A stretch of DNA of 64,000 bases, taken from Chloroflexota bacterium (GTDB lineage Bacteria; Chloroflexota; UBA11872; VXOZ01). The stretch lies in the NCBI GenBank assembly GCA_963662335.2, contig CAXXVD010000001.1, positions 678,669 through 742,668 on the forward strand. Reading direction: 5' to 3'. The notes beneath the pieces are model-generated. The model saw nothing but the letters and a program-made list of their open reading frames with translations. It did not search any database and was not told the origin of the DNA. This document shows positions 30,541-39,032 of the stretch, piece by piece. The translations under genes were made by a program, and so were the position numbers. Every line of letters starts with the position of its first letter. The first letter of the stretch is position 1.

Positions 30541-30614
30541 CGGATTGGCGCGCCGCGCGTGTTCTCAACGCGCCGCCGACGTTCCTCGCGGCGTCTAGCG
30601 TTCGCCGGCGATGA

Positions 30615-30843
30615 GACTCCTGTGCAAACCCTTCGAGATGTCATTCCGAGCGCAGCGAGGAATCTGGGGGCGCTGTATCACGGTCTTCGGCGCCAAGGGG
30701 CCGCCACGTGCGAGTTTCACTCTAGATTCCTCACTCCGCTGCGCTCCGTTCGGAATGACGTGCGCGGGGGTTTCGCACGGGGATCAAGCGGGCGTGTGAA
30801 ACGACAGTATCCGTTCATCCTTCGACAAGCTCAGGACGAACGG
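30615..30843. mobile_element. REP doublet enclosed by imperfect outer inverted repeats, followed by a CCGTTCATCCTTCGACAAGCTCAGGACGAACGG REP
   Basis: Inner pair 30640-30665 / 30724-30759; outer GACTCCTGTGCAAACCC / GGGTTTCGCACGGGGATC. Confidence 0.7.
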
Positions 30844-30855
30844 ACACTTTCGCAT

Positions 30856-30999
30856 CTCGACATTGCCGCTTCTCAATACTGCCGAGACCCAAAACTGCCG
30901 TTACCTGAGACCGAAGTTACCTGTGACTGCCGTGTCCAGAGACTAACGACTCCTGAGACTGTCGTTTCCTGATACTGTCCCTTCCTGATACACTCGCTA
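30856..30999. repeat. Degenerate 16-bp tandem array, 9 units, consensus roughly CCTGAKACTGCCGYTW
   Basis: Units start every 16 nt from 30856 to 30984. Confidence 0.7.
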
Positions 31000-31071
31000 T
31001 TTGTAAGACTCTTGCCTTCATCACGCGCCGCTTGCCTGGCGGCGGGAGCGGACGCCGGGCTGGATCAAGCT

Positions 31072-32349
31072 ATGCAAATTGCTGACAAGCAGAAAGAAAC
31101 GCGCACTACATCGCCTAGCGCGCCGCGCATGAGGCCCTGCGTGGTGGCGCACTATCACGAAGTGGGGTTGAAAGGCCGCAACCGGCCGTTCTTCCTGAGC
31201 ACGCTGGAAGAGAACCTGCGCCGCGCCACCGCCGGATTGGGCGTGAAACACATCGAGCGCGCCAGCGGCCGCATCATCCTCTGGCTGGAGCCGGACGCGC
31301 CCTGGGAACCGCTGCGGGAACGCATCGCGCGCGTCTACGGCGTGGTCAACTTCGCCCGCGGCTACGCGTTGCAACCGGCGTTGGAGACGCTGATCCGGGG
31401 CGTGTTGGCGCGGCTGCCGGAAGCCGGCGAATTCGCCACCTTTGCCGTCCGCGCCAAGCGCGCCTTCAAAGACCTGCCGCTCTCCTCGCGGGAGATCGCG
31501 GTAAGGCTAGGCGCGGCCGTGCAGGCGGCCAGCGGCGCGGGCGTGAACCTCAGCGCGCCGGAAATGACTGTCTACGTGGAAGTGCTGCCCCAGTTTGCGC
31601 TCTTCTTCTTCGGCAAGGAGCGCGGCCCCGGCGGCCTGCCGGTGGGGTGCAGCGCGCCGGTCACCGTGTTGCTCTCCGGCGGCATCGATTCGCCGGTGGC
31701 CGCCTGCCGCCTGCTTAAACGCGGTTCGCGCGTCGTGCTGGTGCACTTCCACTCGTTTCCCTACCTCGATACCGCCTCGCAGGAGAAGGCGCGGGAGTTG
31801 GCGCAGATCATCAGCGGCTACCAGGGCGATACCGTGCTCTACCTGGTACCGCTGGGCGAAATACAGCGCCAAATCGTGGTGGCGTGCCCCGCGCCGTATC
31901 GCGTGGTGCTCTACCGCCGCTTCATGGTGCGCATCGCGGCGGCGCTCGGCCAACGGCACGGCGCGCAGGCGCTGGTTACCGGCGATAGCCTGGGGCAGGT
32001 GGCGTCGCAGACCATTGAGAACCTGGCCGCCGTCGAGGACGCCGCCACGCAACTGATGCTGCGCCCGCTCATCGGCATGGACAAGCAGGAAATCGCCGAC
32101 GAAGCCGAGCGCATCGGCACCTTCGCCGTCTCCATCCGGCCCGACCAAGACTGCTGCGCGCTCTTCGTCCCCGCCAATCCCTCCATTCACACCGATTTGC
32201 ACGGCATCCGCGCAGCCGAAGCGGCGCTGGACGTGGAGACGCTGGTGCGGCAGGGGATCGCGGAAATGGAGGTGGTAGAGTTTCCACAGGGAAGACGCAA
32301 CGATACGGACTCTACTGTAGTAGAGACGAGCAATACGCTGCCAAAGTAG
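31072..32349 (+). CDS. thiI: tRNA 4-thiouridine synthase ThiI
   Basis: YHEVGLKGRNR, THUMP domain, LLSGGIDSPVA, GDSLGQVASQT, RPLIGMDK, DCC; start 31072 or 31129. Confidence 0.95.
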   Translation: MQIADKQKETRTTSPSAPRMRPCVVAHYHEVGLKGRNRPFFLSTLEENLRRATAGLGVKHIERASGRIILWLEPDAPWEPLRERIARVYGVVNFARGYALQPALETLIRGVLARLPEAGEFATFAVRAKRAFKDLPLSSREIAVRLGAAVQAASGAGVNLSAPEMTVYVEVLPQFALFFFGKERGPGGLPVGCSAPVTVLLSGGIDSPVAACRLLKRGSRVVLVHFHSFPYLDTASQEKARELAQIISGYQGDTVLYLVPLGEIQRQIVVACPAPYRVVLYRRFMVRIAAALGQRHGAQALVTGDSLGQVASQTIENLAAVEDAATQLMLRPLIGMDKQEIADEAERIGTFAVSIRPDQDCCALFVPANPSIHTDLHGIRAAEAALDVETLVRQGIAEMEVVEFPQGRRNDTDSTVVETSNTLPK

Positions 32350-32359
32350 AGCAAAAAGC

Positions 32360-32614
32360 GTGAAGCCAATTGCATTTACACGACATGCCCGCGAACAATG
32401 CATGGAACGCGGCGCGCTCGAAGAGGAAGTCATAGAAGCAGTTAGAGATGGAGCGCGAGAGCCGGCGGATCTTGGGCGCGAAATATGCCGTCTCGACGTG
32501 CCGTTTGGGAGCATTTGGAATGGCACGTACTATTCGGTAAAGCAGGTTGCCGCAGTGGTGGCTGAAGAGCCCGAGCAAACTGTTGTAGTCACCGTATACA
32601 CCTTTTACTTCTGA
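32360..32614 (+). CDS. DUF4258-like putative toxin (RelE/BrnT-like)
   Basis: FTRHAREQC.ERG...VVVTVY. Confidence 0.75.
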   Translation: MKPIAFTRHAREQCMERGALEEEVIEAVRDGAREPADLGREICRLDVPFGSIWNGTYYSVKQVAAVVAEEPEQTVVVTVYTFYF

Positions 32615-32718
32615 CTGTCTTCGACCACCGGGCTGTGGGTTAGCTAACGTGCTTCACGAGTTGTATGGCAAGGGCTATACTGAGTACTGGACAGCAATCT
32701 GAAGGAGTCGGAGAGAAT

Positions 32719-32952
32719 ATGAAAATCAGCTACGACCCGAAAGTGGACGCGCTCTACATCCGCCTCATCGATGGCGAGCACGAGTGCCTCACCCGGCGGC
32801 TCAACGAGGGCGTCGCGCTCAACATGGGTCTAGAGGAGATGCTCGTCGGCATCGAGATTCTCGACGCGTCGCGTGTGCTGGGAGAGGGCGAGATGCCCGT
32901 CGTGGAATTAGAGAACGTGCGGGTGGCCGCCGCCGCAGCCACGGAAAGCTAA
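32719..32952 (+). CDS. DUF2283-family putative antitoxin
   Basis: MKISYDPKVDALYIRL...LVGIEILDAS. Confidence 0.85.
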   Translation: MKISYDPKVDALYIRLIDGEHECLTRRLNEGVALNMGLEEMLVGIEILDASRVLGEGEMPVVELENVRVAAAAATES

Positions 32953-32989
32953 CGCGGGTGGCCGGCAACGCTTGGCAACGACGCAGACT

Positions 32990-33685
32990 CTAGCCCCGGC
33001 TTTGCGTTTCCAGGCTCTCGATCAGCGGCAGCAGGCGTTCGTAGAGTTCCGCGGTGGCGCGGGCGTCGGCCAGGCAGTAGCGGGCGATGTCGTCCCACGC
33101 GCCCGCGGCGTAGGCCTCCGGCACGGCGCTGCCGCCGAGGCCTTGTTTGGGGTCCGTGATGCCGAACTGCTGGCACCAGAATTGCAGCGTGTAGGGCGCG
33201 ATCGCGCGGTGGAAGGTCAAGACTTCCAGCAGGTCGCAGTGCTGCCGGAAGCTGTAGCGGTAGGGCATGAGATTGCGCGCGGGGCGGACGCCCAGCGCCG
33301 CGGAGCGCAGCATGAGAATGGGGCAGTCGAACGTGCGGCCGTTATAGGTGACGATCGTGTCGAACTGCTGGACGCGCTGCCAGAACTCGGCCAGGATTTC
33401 CTCCTCGCTGCCGTGGAAGACCCGCGCGCCGTCGTGGAAGTCCTCCCACTGGCGCGCGCCGGCGCTGTTGTTCACTAGCACCCCGCCGCGTTGCTCGCCG
33501 GGCATCCACATGCCGATGGCCACCACCCGCGCCGTGCCGGGGTAGAGCGCCAACTGCTCCGGAAACTTCCCCCGCTCCTCGTCGTCCCGCGCCCGCGCCA
33601 GCAAGTACGCTTGCATGGCGGGCACGAAGCCCTCCCAGGGCAAGCCGACGGTCTCCACGTCGATGGCTAACGGTTGTGACGACAT
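32990..33685 (-). CDS. Stand-alone PolB-like 3'-5' exonuclease (DEDDy)
   Basis: IDVET, YNGRTFD, YCLAD motifs. Confidence 0.85.
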   Translation of the reverse strand: MSSQPLAIDVETVGLPWEGFVPAMQAYLLARARDDEERGKFPEQLALYPGTARVVAIGMWMPGEQRGGVLVNNSAGARQWEDFHDGARVFHGSEEEILAEFWQRVQQFDTIVTYNGRTFDCPILMLRSAALGVRPARNLMPYRYSFRQHCDLLEVLTFHRAIAPYTLQFWCQQFGITDPKQGLGGSAVPEAYAAGAWDDIARYCLADARATAELYERLLPLIESLETQSRG

Positions 33686-33806
33686 ATTCAATCTTCCCCC
33701 ACGAACCGCGCGGCGCCGGCGCGCCGCGGATGCCAAGCGATGACTAGCATAGTATCCTAGCATAGGCAAGCGCGGCTAGTCACTGTGACCGGCGAGGCGG
33801 GGAACC

Positions 33807-35165
33807 ATGCCACAGCGGATAGCCATCATCGGCGGCGGCATTTCCGGTCTCGGCGCCGCCTGGGCGCTGCATCACCACCCGGAACGCTTTGATTTCCGGT
33901 TGTTCGAGGCGCAGGCGCAGCTTGGCGGCAACGCGATCACGGCCGACATGCCGCAGGCAGACGGCAGTTCGATTCCCTTCGACATTTCCGTCACCGCCTG
34001 CATCCCCTCCGTCTACCATCACATGCTGTTGCTCATGGAGAAGTTCGGCATCGAACTGATCGACACCAAATTCAGCTACAGCGTCAAGTACCGCGGCCGG
34101 GTGTACGCCCACGACTTCGATTCCGACATCAGAGCGCAACTGCAAAGCGAGATTGCGCAGTTCCAAAGACTCTTGAAGCGCCTGCACTGGTTTGGCGGGC
34201 TTACCCGCGCCCAATCGAAGTTGCTGAACGCCCTCAACCCGTTCAATTACCTCAGCATGGGCACGGTGCTGAATTGGGGAGGGTTTTCCGGGGACTTCAG
34301 GTACAAGATACTCAAACCCATGTTCGTCAACTTTTTGATGGCGACCAACGTCTTCGATATGCCGGCGGCGCTCTTCGCGCGGTATCTCGAATTCTTCGAC
34401 ATCGAATCCGCTACGCCCATGAACACGTGGGACCAAGGCACGCGGCGCATCTACGAGAACCTGTCGGCGGGTTACCGGGACAAGATCTACCTAGAGCGGC
34501 CGGTCCGCAAGGTGTATCGACAGCCGTCCGGCGTCGTGGTGGAGGATGAGGAGGGCGTACGGGAGGCGTTCGACGAGGTAATCTTCGCCTGCAACGCGAA
34601 CCAGACGCTGATGATGCTCGACAGACCCACGTTCATGGAGCGCTACATTCTCTCATCCATACGCTACGAGAGCGAACTCCACAACCATACGGTCGTGCAC
34701 TCGGATGCCTCGGTCTTGCCGGAGAACGAGGTGAAGCCTTTGACCACGCGCAGCAATCACATCGAACAGTACGGCGCCAGGCCGGACAACTATGAAATCA
34801 CCTACATCATGCACAACCAACAGCCGTGGGCGCAGCGCTCCGACAAGCCGTGCTTAGTGACCTACAATCCAATCAGCCGCATAGACGAAGAGAAGATCAT
34901 CAAGCGGTGGTGGTTTCAGCACGTCGTCCATGACGTGCGCCACGTGGCGTGGCTCGTCAACCTGTTCCGCTTCATCCAGGGCAAGCGGGGCGCGTGGCAC
35001 TGCGGCGCGCACACGCTGATAAACAGCCAGGAAACCTGCCTCATTACCGGGCTCGCCGCCGCCCGGCAACTGGGCGCGGACTACCCGTTCGACGATCCCG
35101 CCGCCAAGCGCATGTTCAACTACTACGGCCGCGTCATGTACGGCTGGCGGTTCAGGAAGGCGTAG
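33807..35165 (+). CDS. FAD-dependent oxidoreductase (COG2907/amine oxidase-like)
   Basis: IAIIGGGISGLGAAW, FEA...LGG, IQGKRGAWHCGA. Confidence 0.85.
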   Translation: MPQRIAIIGGGISGLGAAWALHHHPERFDFRLFEAQAQLGGNAITADMPQADGSSIPFDISVTACIPSVYHHMLLLMEKFGIELIDTKFSYSVKYRGRVYAHDFDSDIRAQLQSEIAQFQRLLKRLHWFGGLTRAQSKLLNALNPFNYLSMGTVLNWGGFSGDFRYKILKPMFVNFLMATNVFDMPAALFARYLEFFDIESATPMNTWDQGTRRIYENLSAGYRDKIYLERPVRKVYRQPSGVVVEDEEGVREAFDEVIFACNANQTLMMLDRPTFMERYILSSIRYESELHNHTVVHSDASVLPENEVKPLTTRSNHIEQYGARPDNYEITYIMHNQQPWAQRSDKPCLVTYNPISRIDEEKIIKRWWFQHVVHDVRHVAWLVNLFRFIQGKRGAWHCGAHTLINSQETCLITGLAAARQLGADYPFDDPAAKRMFNYYGRVMYGWRFRKA

Positions 35166-36207
35166 CGGCGCCGTTCTCGCCCGGGTCGGGATAGAATTGG
35201 GCGCAGTAGCGGCGGTATCTGGTAATCTCGCCGTCGGACTTGCAGAGGCGCGGGCGAGATTCGTAGCGCTTGCGGCTCCAGATGACCTTATCCTGCAAGA
35301 CTTCATATTCTTGCTGGGATATGGTAAACCAGTTCATGATCGGCGCGCGCAGCCTCACCGGCAGGAATCGCAGGCCGGCCAGCCAGCGTTTCGGCTGGCG
35401 CACCTCCCGCACTTGCGAGGCCAGCGACATCTCTATGTGCGTGCCGTCAATTGGCGTCGCCAGCACCCACAGGCGCATGTCCATGCCGATCGAGTGTTCG
35501 CGTATCGCCACGAACGAGTAGCCCAGCCCGTAGACGTGGGTGTCGGCGGTGATATCGAACGTGAGTTTGCCAATCTTCGCGATTGACCGGGTGGACCTGA
35601 AATTAAAACGGCTGCGCAGATGGGGGCCGTCCACCGCCACCGGCTCGAGGCGTTCCACCTTGCCAAAGCCGTGGACGTAGCGCAGGTGGGCCAGGTCCAC
35701 CGCGTTTTCCGACGTCTCCTGGGGATGGCCGGCAAAGCGCACGGAACGGAGGGCCAGATTGCACCAGCCGTCTTCTTCCAGCGAGTCCGCGGGCAGATGC
35801 CACTGCGGTTCCCGGCCCTGGATGCCCCACCAGGCGAAGATCAGGCCGCAGATTTCCTGCGTGGGGAAGACGCGCAGGCTCGTGTAGCGGGGCGGCGGGG
35901 CGTAGGGCGTGGCCACGCACGCGCCGGTGGCGTCGTACTCATAGCCGTGGAAGGGGCAGGCCAGCCGGCCCGCGCGCACGCGCCCGCCGGCGGCGGGGCT
36001 GAGGTCGGAGCCCAGGTGCGGGCAATAGGCCTCCGCCACGCAGATCTGCCCGTCCTCATCGCAGAAGGCGACGATGTTCTCGCCCATCCAGGTCTTCTGG
36101 ATGAGCTTCTGCCGCTGGATGGCCTCGCGGGTCGCGATGAAGTACCAGCCCTCCGGAAACGGGGAGGGCAGCGGCGCGTTCTCGGGTTGCTTGAGTTGGG
36201 TTGCCAT
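35152..36207 (-). CDS. Rieske non-heme iron oxygenase, Neverland (cholesterol 7-desaturase)/KshA-like
   Basis: CPHLG...CPFHG Rieske ligands; EN.VD.AH..YVH Fe site; QD..IW..K...P.L...DG.I..YRR...QFY tail. Confidence 0.85.
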   Translation of the reverse strand: MATQLKQPENAPLPSPFPEGWYFIATREAIQRQKLIQKTWMGENIVAFCDEDGQICVAEAYCPHLGSDLSPAAGGRVRAGRLACPFHGYEYDATGACVATPYAPPPRYTSLRVFPTQEICGLIFAWWGIQGREPQWHLPADSLEEDGWCNLALRSVRFAGHPQETSENAVDLAHLRYVHGFGKVERLEPVAVDGPHLRSRFNFRSTRSIAKIGKLTFDITADTHVYGLGYSFVAIREHSIGMDMRLWVLATPIDGTHIEMSLASQVREVRQPKRWLAGLRFLPVRLRAPIMNWFTISQQEYEVLQDKVIWSRKRYESRPRLCKSDGEITRYRRYCAQFYPDPGENGAATPS

Positions 36208-36483
36208 CTTTCAACGCTCGTCACACGGAACCGCGGTGTTGACTGCTTCCGCAAGAATGTGCTAACATTTGGGCGTAGGGCATATTTTCACTCTAGCAGG
36301 AGTGTCCCGCTCCTTTCAAGATGCGGCCTTTCGCCGCATCTGAGCACGCGCCCTCTCACGCGCCTCTCGTATCCCGATTGGCTCTTTCCCGTTCCTTCTT
36401 CCAAGTTCTTTGTGCTATGCTTTCCGAAAAGTCGGCAGGCATACGCAGCCCACGCCAACCACGACGTACGGAGGCCAACATCA

Positions 36484-38520
36484 ATGGCAATCGCCGCAGA
36501 TGACGCCGTAGCGACCCGGCGACTGAGTCTGCCCGAAGAACTCGTCCTGATGCTCCTCAATGAGGAGACCGGCTATTTCTACCAAGTGCCCGGCTGGGAC
36601 TTGAATTGCGCCATCATCGGCGCCGTGCTGGCGGAACTCTCGCTCTTGTCGCGCATAGACACGGACATGGATTCCTTGAAACTGCTGGACGCGACGGAAA
36701 CGGGCAATCCGGTCTTGGACTCCATTCTGGTGAAGCTTGCCGAGGAACCGGGGGAGCACAACGCGCAGTACTGGATCGAGCGGCTCATCTTTCGCGCGTC
36801 GGAAATCATCGACCAGACCCTGAGCCGCCTGGTAGACCTGGATATCCTGGACTACCACGATGGCGAATTCTGGACGTTGGCGCGCACTACCTGGCGGACG
36901 GAAGTGTACGCCGGCTCGCGTGAAGGCACCGCGCTCGAGTTCGTCAAGATGCGCGTGAGCAAGATCATCTTTAGCAATGAGATTCCCAGCCCGCGAGACG
37001 TCATCATCATCAGCCTCACCAACGCGTGCGACGTCTTTCGCTTCATGTTCCAACTCGAAGATGAGCAAGAGAAGCGCATTCAGAACATCTGCAAAATGGA
37101 CTTGATTGGCCGGGCCATCTCCGAGGCGGTCACGAACAATTTTGCCGGCGCGATGCTCCAGCACTCCGCTCTCGCCAAACCGATTCCGACCGTCCCGTTG
37201 ATCAAGGCGTTGAAGAATCCCCATCTGCGCAGCGGCAATCTGCCGGCAATCTTCGCGGCATTCAGGAAAGAGCACGGCCCGGTTTTTCAGTTTCGCCCGC
37301 CGCTTTCCGAGCCCCTCATCTTCATGGCCGGGCCGCGGGTCAATCAATGGGTCCAGCGGAACGGGCGCCACTACCTGCGGGCGCGGGACTACTTTGCCGA
37401 ATTCGAGCAGGTCTTCGGCGCGGCCGGCCTGATACCCGGCGTGGACGGCTCCGATCACTTTCGGCTGCGCAAGGCCATGTCGCCGGGGTATTCGCGGGAG
37501 AGACTGGAAGGGCAACTCGATAAAGTCTATCTCAATGCCCGCAAGTATATGGCGGAGTGGCAGGTCGGCGCTCTCTATCAAGCCAATTCGCTGTGCCGGC
37601 GGATGATCAACGCGCAGCTTTCGCCGTTCACCGTGAGCATGGATTCCCAAGAATACATCGACGATATCATGGCATACAAGGAACGAGCGCTCAGCACGCA
37701 CGTCGCCAAGGTCCTGCCCAAATTCCTGCTGTATACGCCCGGCATGAGACGGCGGGCAAAAGTCGTGGAAGAGGTGGCGTCACGGGTCCAGAATACGCAT
37801 ACGCCTGCCCAGCGCGCGGATCAACCGCGGGACCTTGCGGACGATCTTCTCAGCCTTCATTCCAGCGACCCGCAGTTCCTGCCGGAAACGAACCTGAAGT
37901 TCATCCTATCGGCGCCGCTGCTTGCCAGCATGTACCTGGGCGACGCGTTGAGCTTTGCCGTCTACGCCATGGCCGCGCAGCCGGAGATGTACGAGCATAT
38001 CCAGGTGGAAGCGGATGCCCTGTTCGGCAACGGCGACCCACAGGGCGAGGACTTCAGCCTGGAAAACTTAGACGTTACGCACCGCTTCCTCATGGAGTGC
38101 ATGCGCATGTACCCGGTTGTGCCCGTTTCGGTGCGCAACGTCATGAATGCCTGCGCGGTGGAGGGATTCGAACTGCCGGTGGGAGCGCGAGTCCACATCG
38201 CCACAACCGCCCCCCACTACATGGAAGAGTGCTTCCCCGAACCGTTCACGTTCGATATCGAACGCTATGCGGCGCCGCGCTTCGAACACCGCAGCCGGGC
38301 CTACGCTCCCTATGGCCTGGGCACGCACACCTGTCTGGGCACCCGCTTGATGGAACGCCAACTGACCATCAACGTGCTGATGATTGCCCACTACTTCCAA
38401 CTTGGGATAGTCCCGGAGAAGTTCAAGCACAAGCTGACGTTCAGCCCGTTTCCCTCCAACAAACCGAGCAAGAAGCTGAAAATCGCCATCATGGAGCAGC
38501 GGCGCGAGTTGCCCGTGTGA
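36484..38520 (+). CDS. GPP34 (Golgi phosphoprotein 3-like)-cytochrome P450 fusion
   Basis: N-term LSLPEELVLMLLNEETG...GAVLAELSL..RI...TGNPVLD; C-term ECMR (ExxR) and PYGLGTHTCLG heme motif. Confidence 0.85.
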   Translation: MAIAADDAVATRRLSLPEELVLMLLNEETGYFYQVPGWDLNCAIIGAVLAELSLLSRIDTDMDSLKLLDATETGNPVLDSILVKLAEEPGEHNAQYWIERLIFRASEIIDQTLSRLVDLDILDYHDGEFWTLARTTWRTEVYAGSREGTALEFVKMRVSKIIFSNEIPSPRDVIIISLTNACDVFRFMFQLEDEQEKRIQNICKMDLIGRAISEAVTNNFAGAMLQHSALAKPIPTVPLIKALKNPHLRSGNLPAIFAAFRKEHGPVFQFRPPLSEPLIFMAGPRVNQWVQRNGRHYLRARDYFAEFEQVFGAAGLIPGVDGSDHFRLRKAMSPGYSRERLEGQLDKVYLNARKYMAEWQVGALYQANSLCRRMINAQLSPFTVSMDSQEYIDDIMAYKERALSTHVAKVLPKFLLYTPGMRRRAKVVEEVASRVQNTHTPAQRADQPRDLADDLLSLHSSDPQFLPETNLKFILSAPLLASMYLGDALSFAVYAMAAQPEMYEHIQVEADALFGNGDPQGEDFSLENLDVTHRFLMECMRMYPVVPVSVRNVMNACAVEGFELPVGARVHIATTAPHYMEECFPEPFTFDIERYAAPRFEHRSRAYAPYGLGTHTCLGTRLMERQLTINVLMIAHYFQLGIVPEKFKHKLTFSPFPSNKPSKKLKIAIMEQRRELPV

Positions 38521-38565
38521 CCCCTGGCTGCCAAGCAATGACGATTGCGCAAGGAACGCCCTGCG

Positions 38566-38727
38566 GTAGGGACACGGCATGCCGTGCCCCTACCGCCGTT
38601 CGGCATCCGAGGACGGCTGTTTTTCATGGTGATTGCCCTGAGAACAACGCGACGGAGTCCGTCATTCCCGCGAAAGCGGGAATCCAGTGCGTGTGCGGCA
38701 AAGATAGATTCCCGCTTTCGCGGGAAT
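38566..38727. repeat. GTAG-class REP plus an ATTCCC-N8-GGGAAT doublet
   Basis: GTAGGGACACGGCATGCCGTGCCCCTAC; GTCATTCCCGCGAAAGCGGGAATCC and its inverse; a similar doublet lies at 63486-63555. Confidence 0.8.
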
Positions 38728-38742
38728 TGTAGATGTCAGGTC

Positions 38743-38954
38743 ATTCGTTGACAGATTAGACGCTTAGGAACGTGGAGACTATTCGCCCGGCAGGCCCTCC
38801 GCACATGTCATTCCGAACGGAGCGCAGCGCAGTGAGGAATCTAGTGTGCTGAAGCTAACAAACACGCTCGACGTGAACCCTAGATTCCTCGCTGCGCTCG
38901 GAATGACATACGCTGTCAACGTCATCTTGTGGGCAGGAGATTCTGTCAACGAAT
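38743..38954. mobile_element. MITE-like element with a 13-bp perfect outer IR carrying a REP doublet
   Basis: ATTCGTTGACAGA (38743-38755) / TCTGTCAACGAAT (38942-38954). Confidence 0.75.
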
Positions 38955-39032
38955 TAGTCAACACTTACAGGAATGACGCACTTAGTCACGCCATCTTCAT
39001 GGCAATAACAGAATCCCAGGGAAAGTAACGCC

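Noticed and set aside
35620-36483. 966-aa ORF as a longer P450 fusion
   Set aside because: The first ~290 codons are antisense to the Rieske gene or intergenic; a plausible start is ATG 36484 after GGAGG
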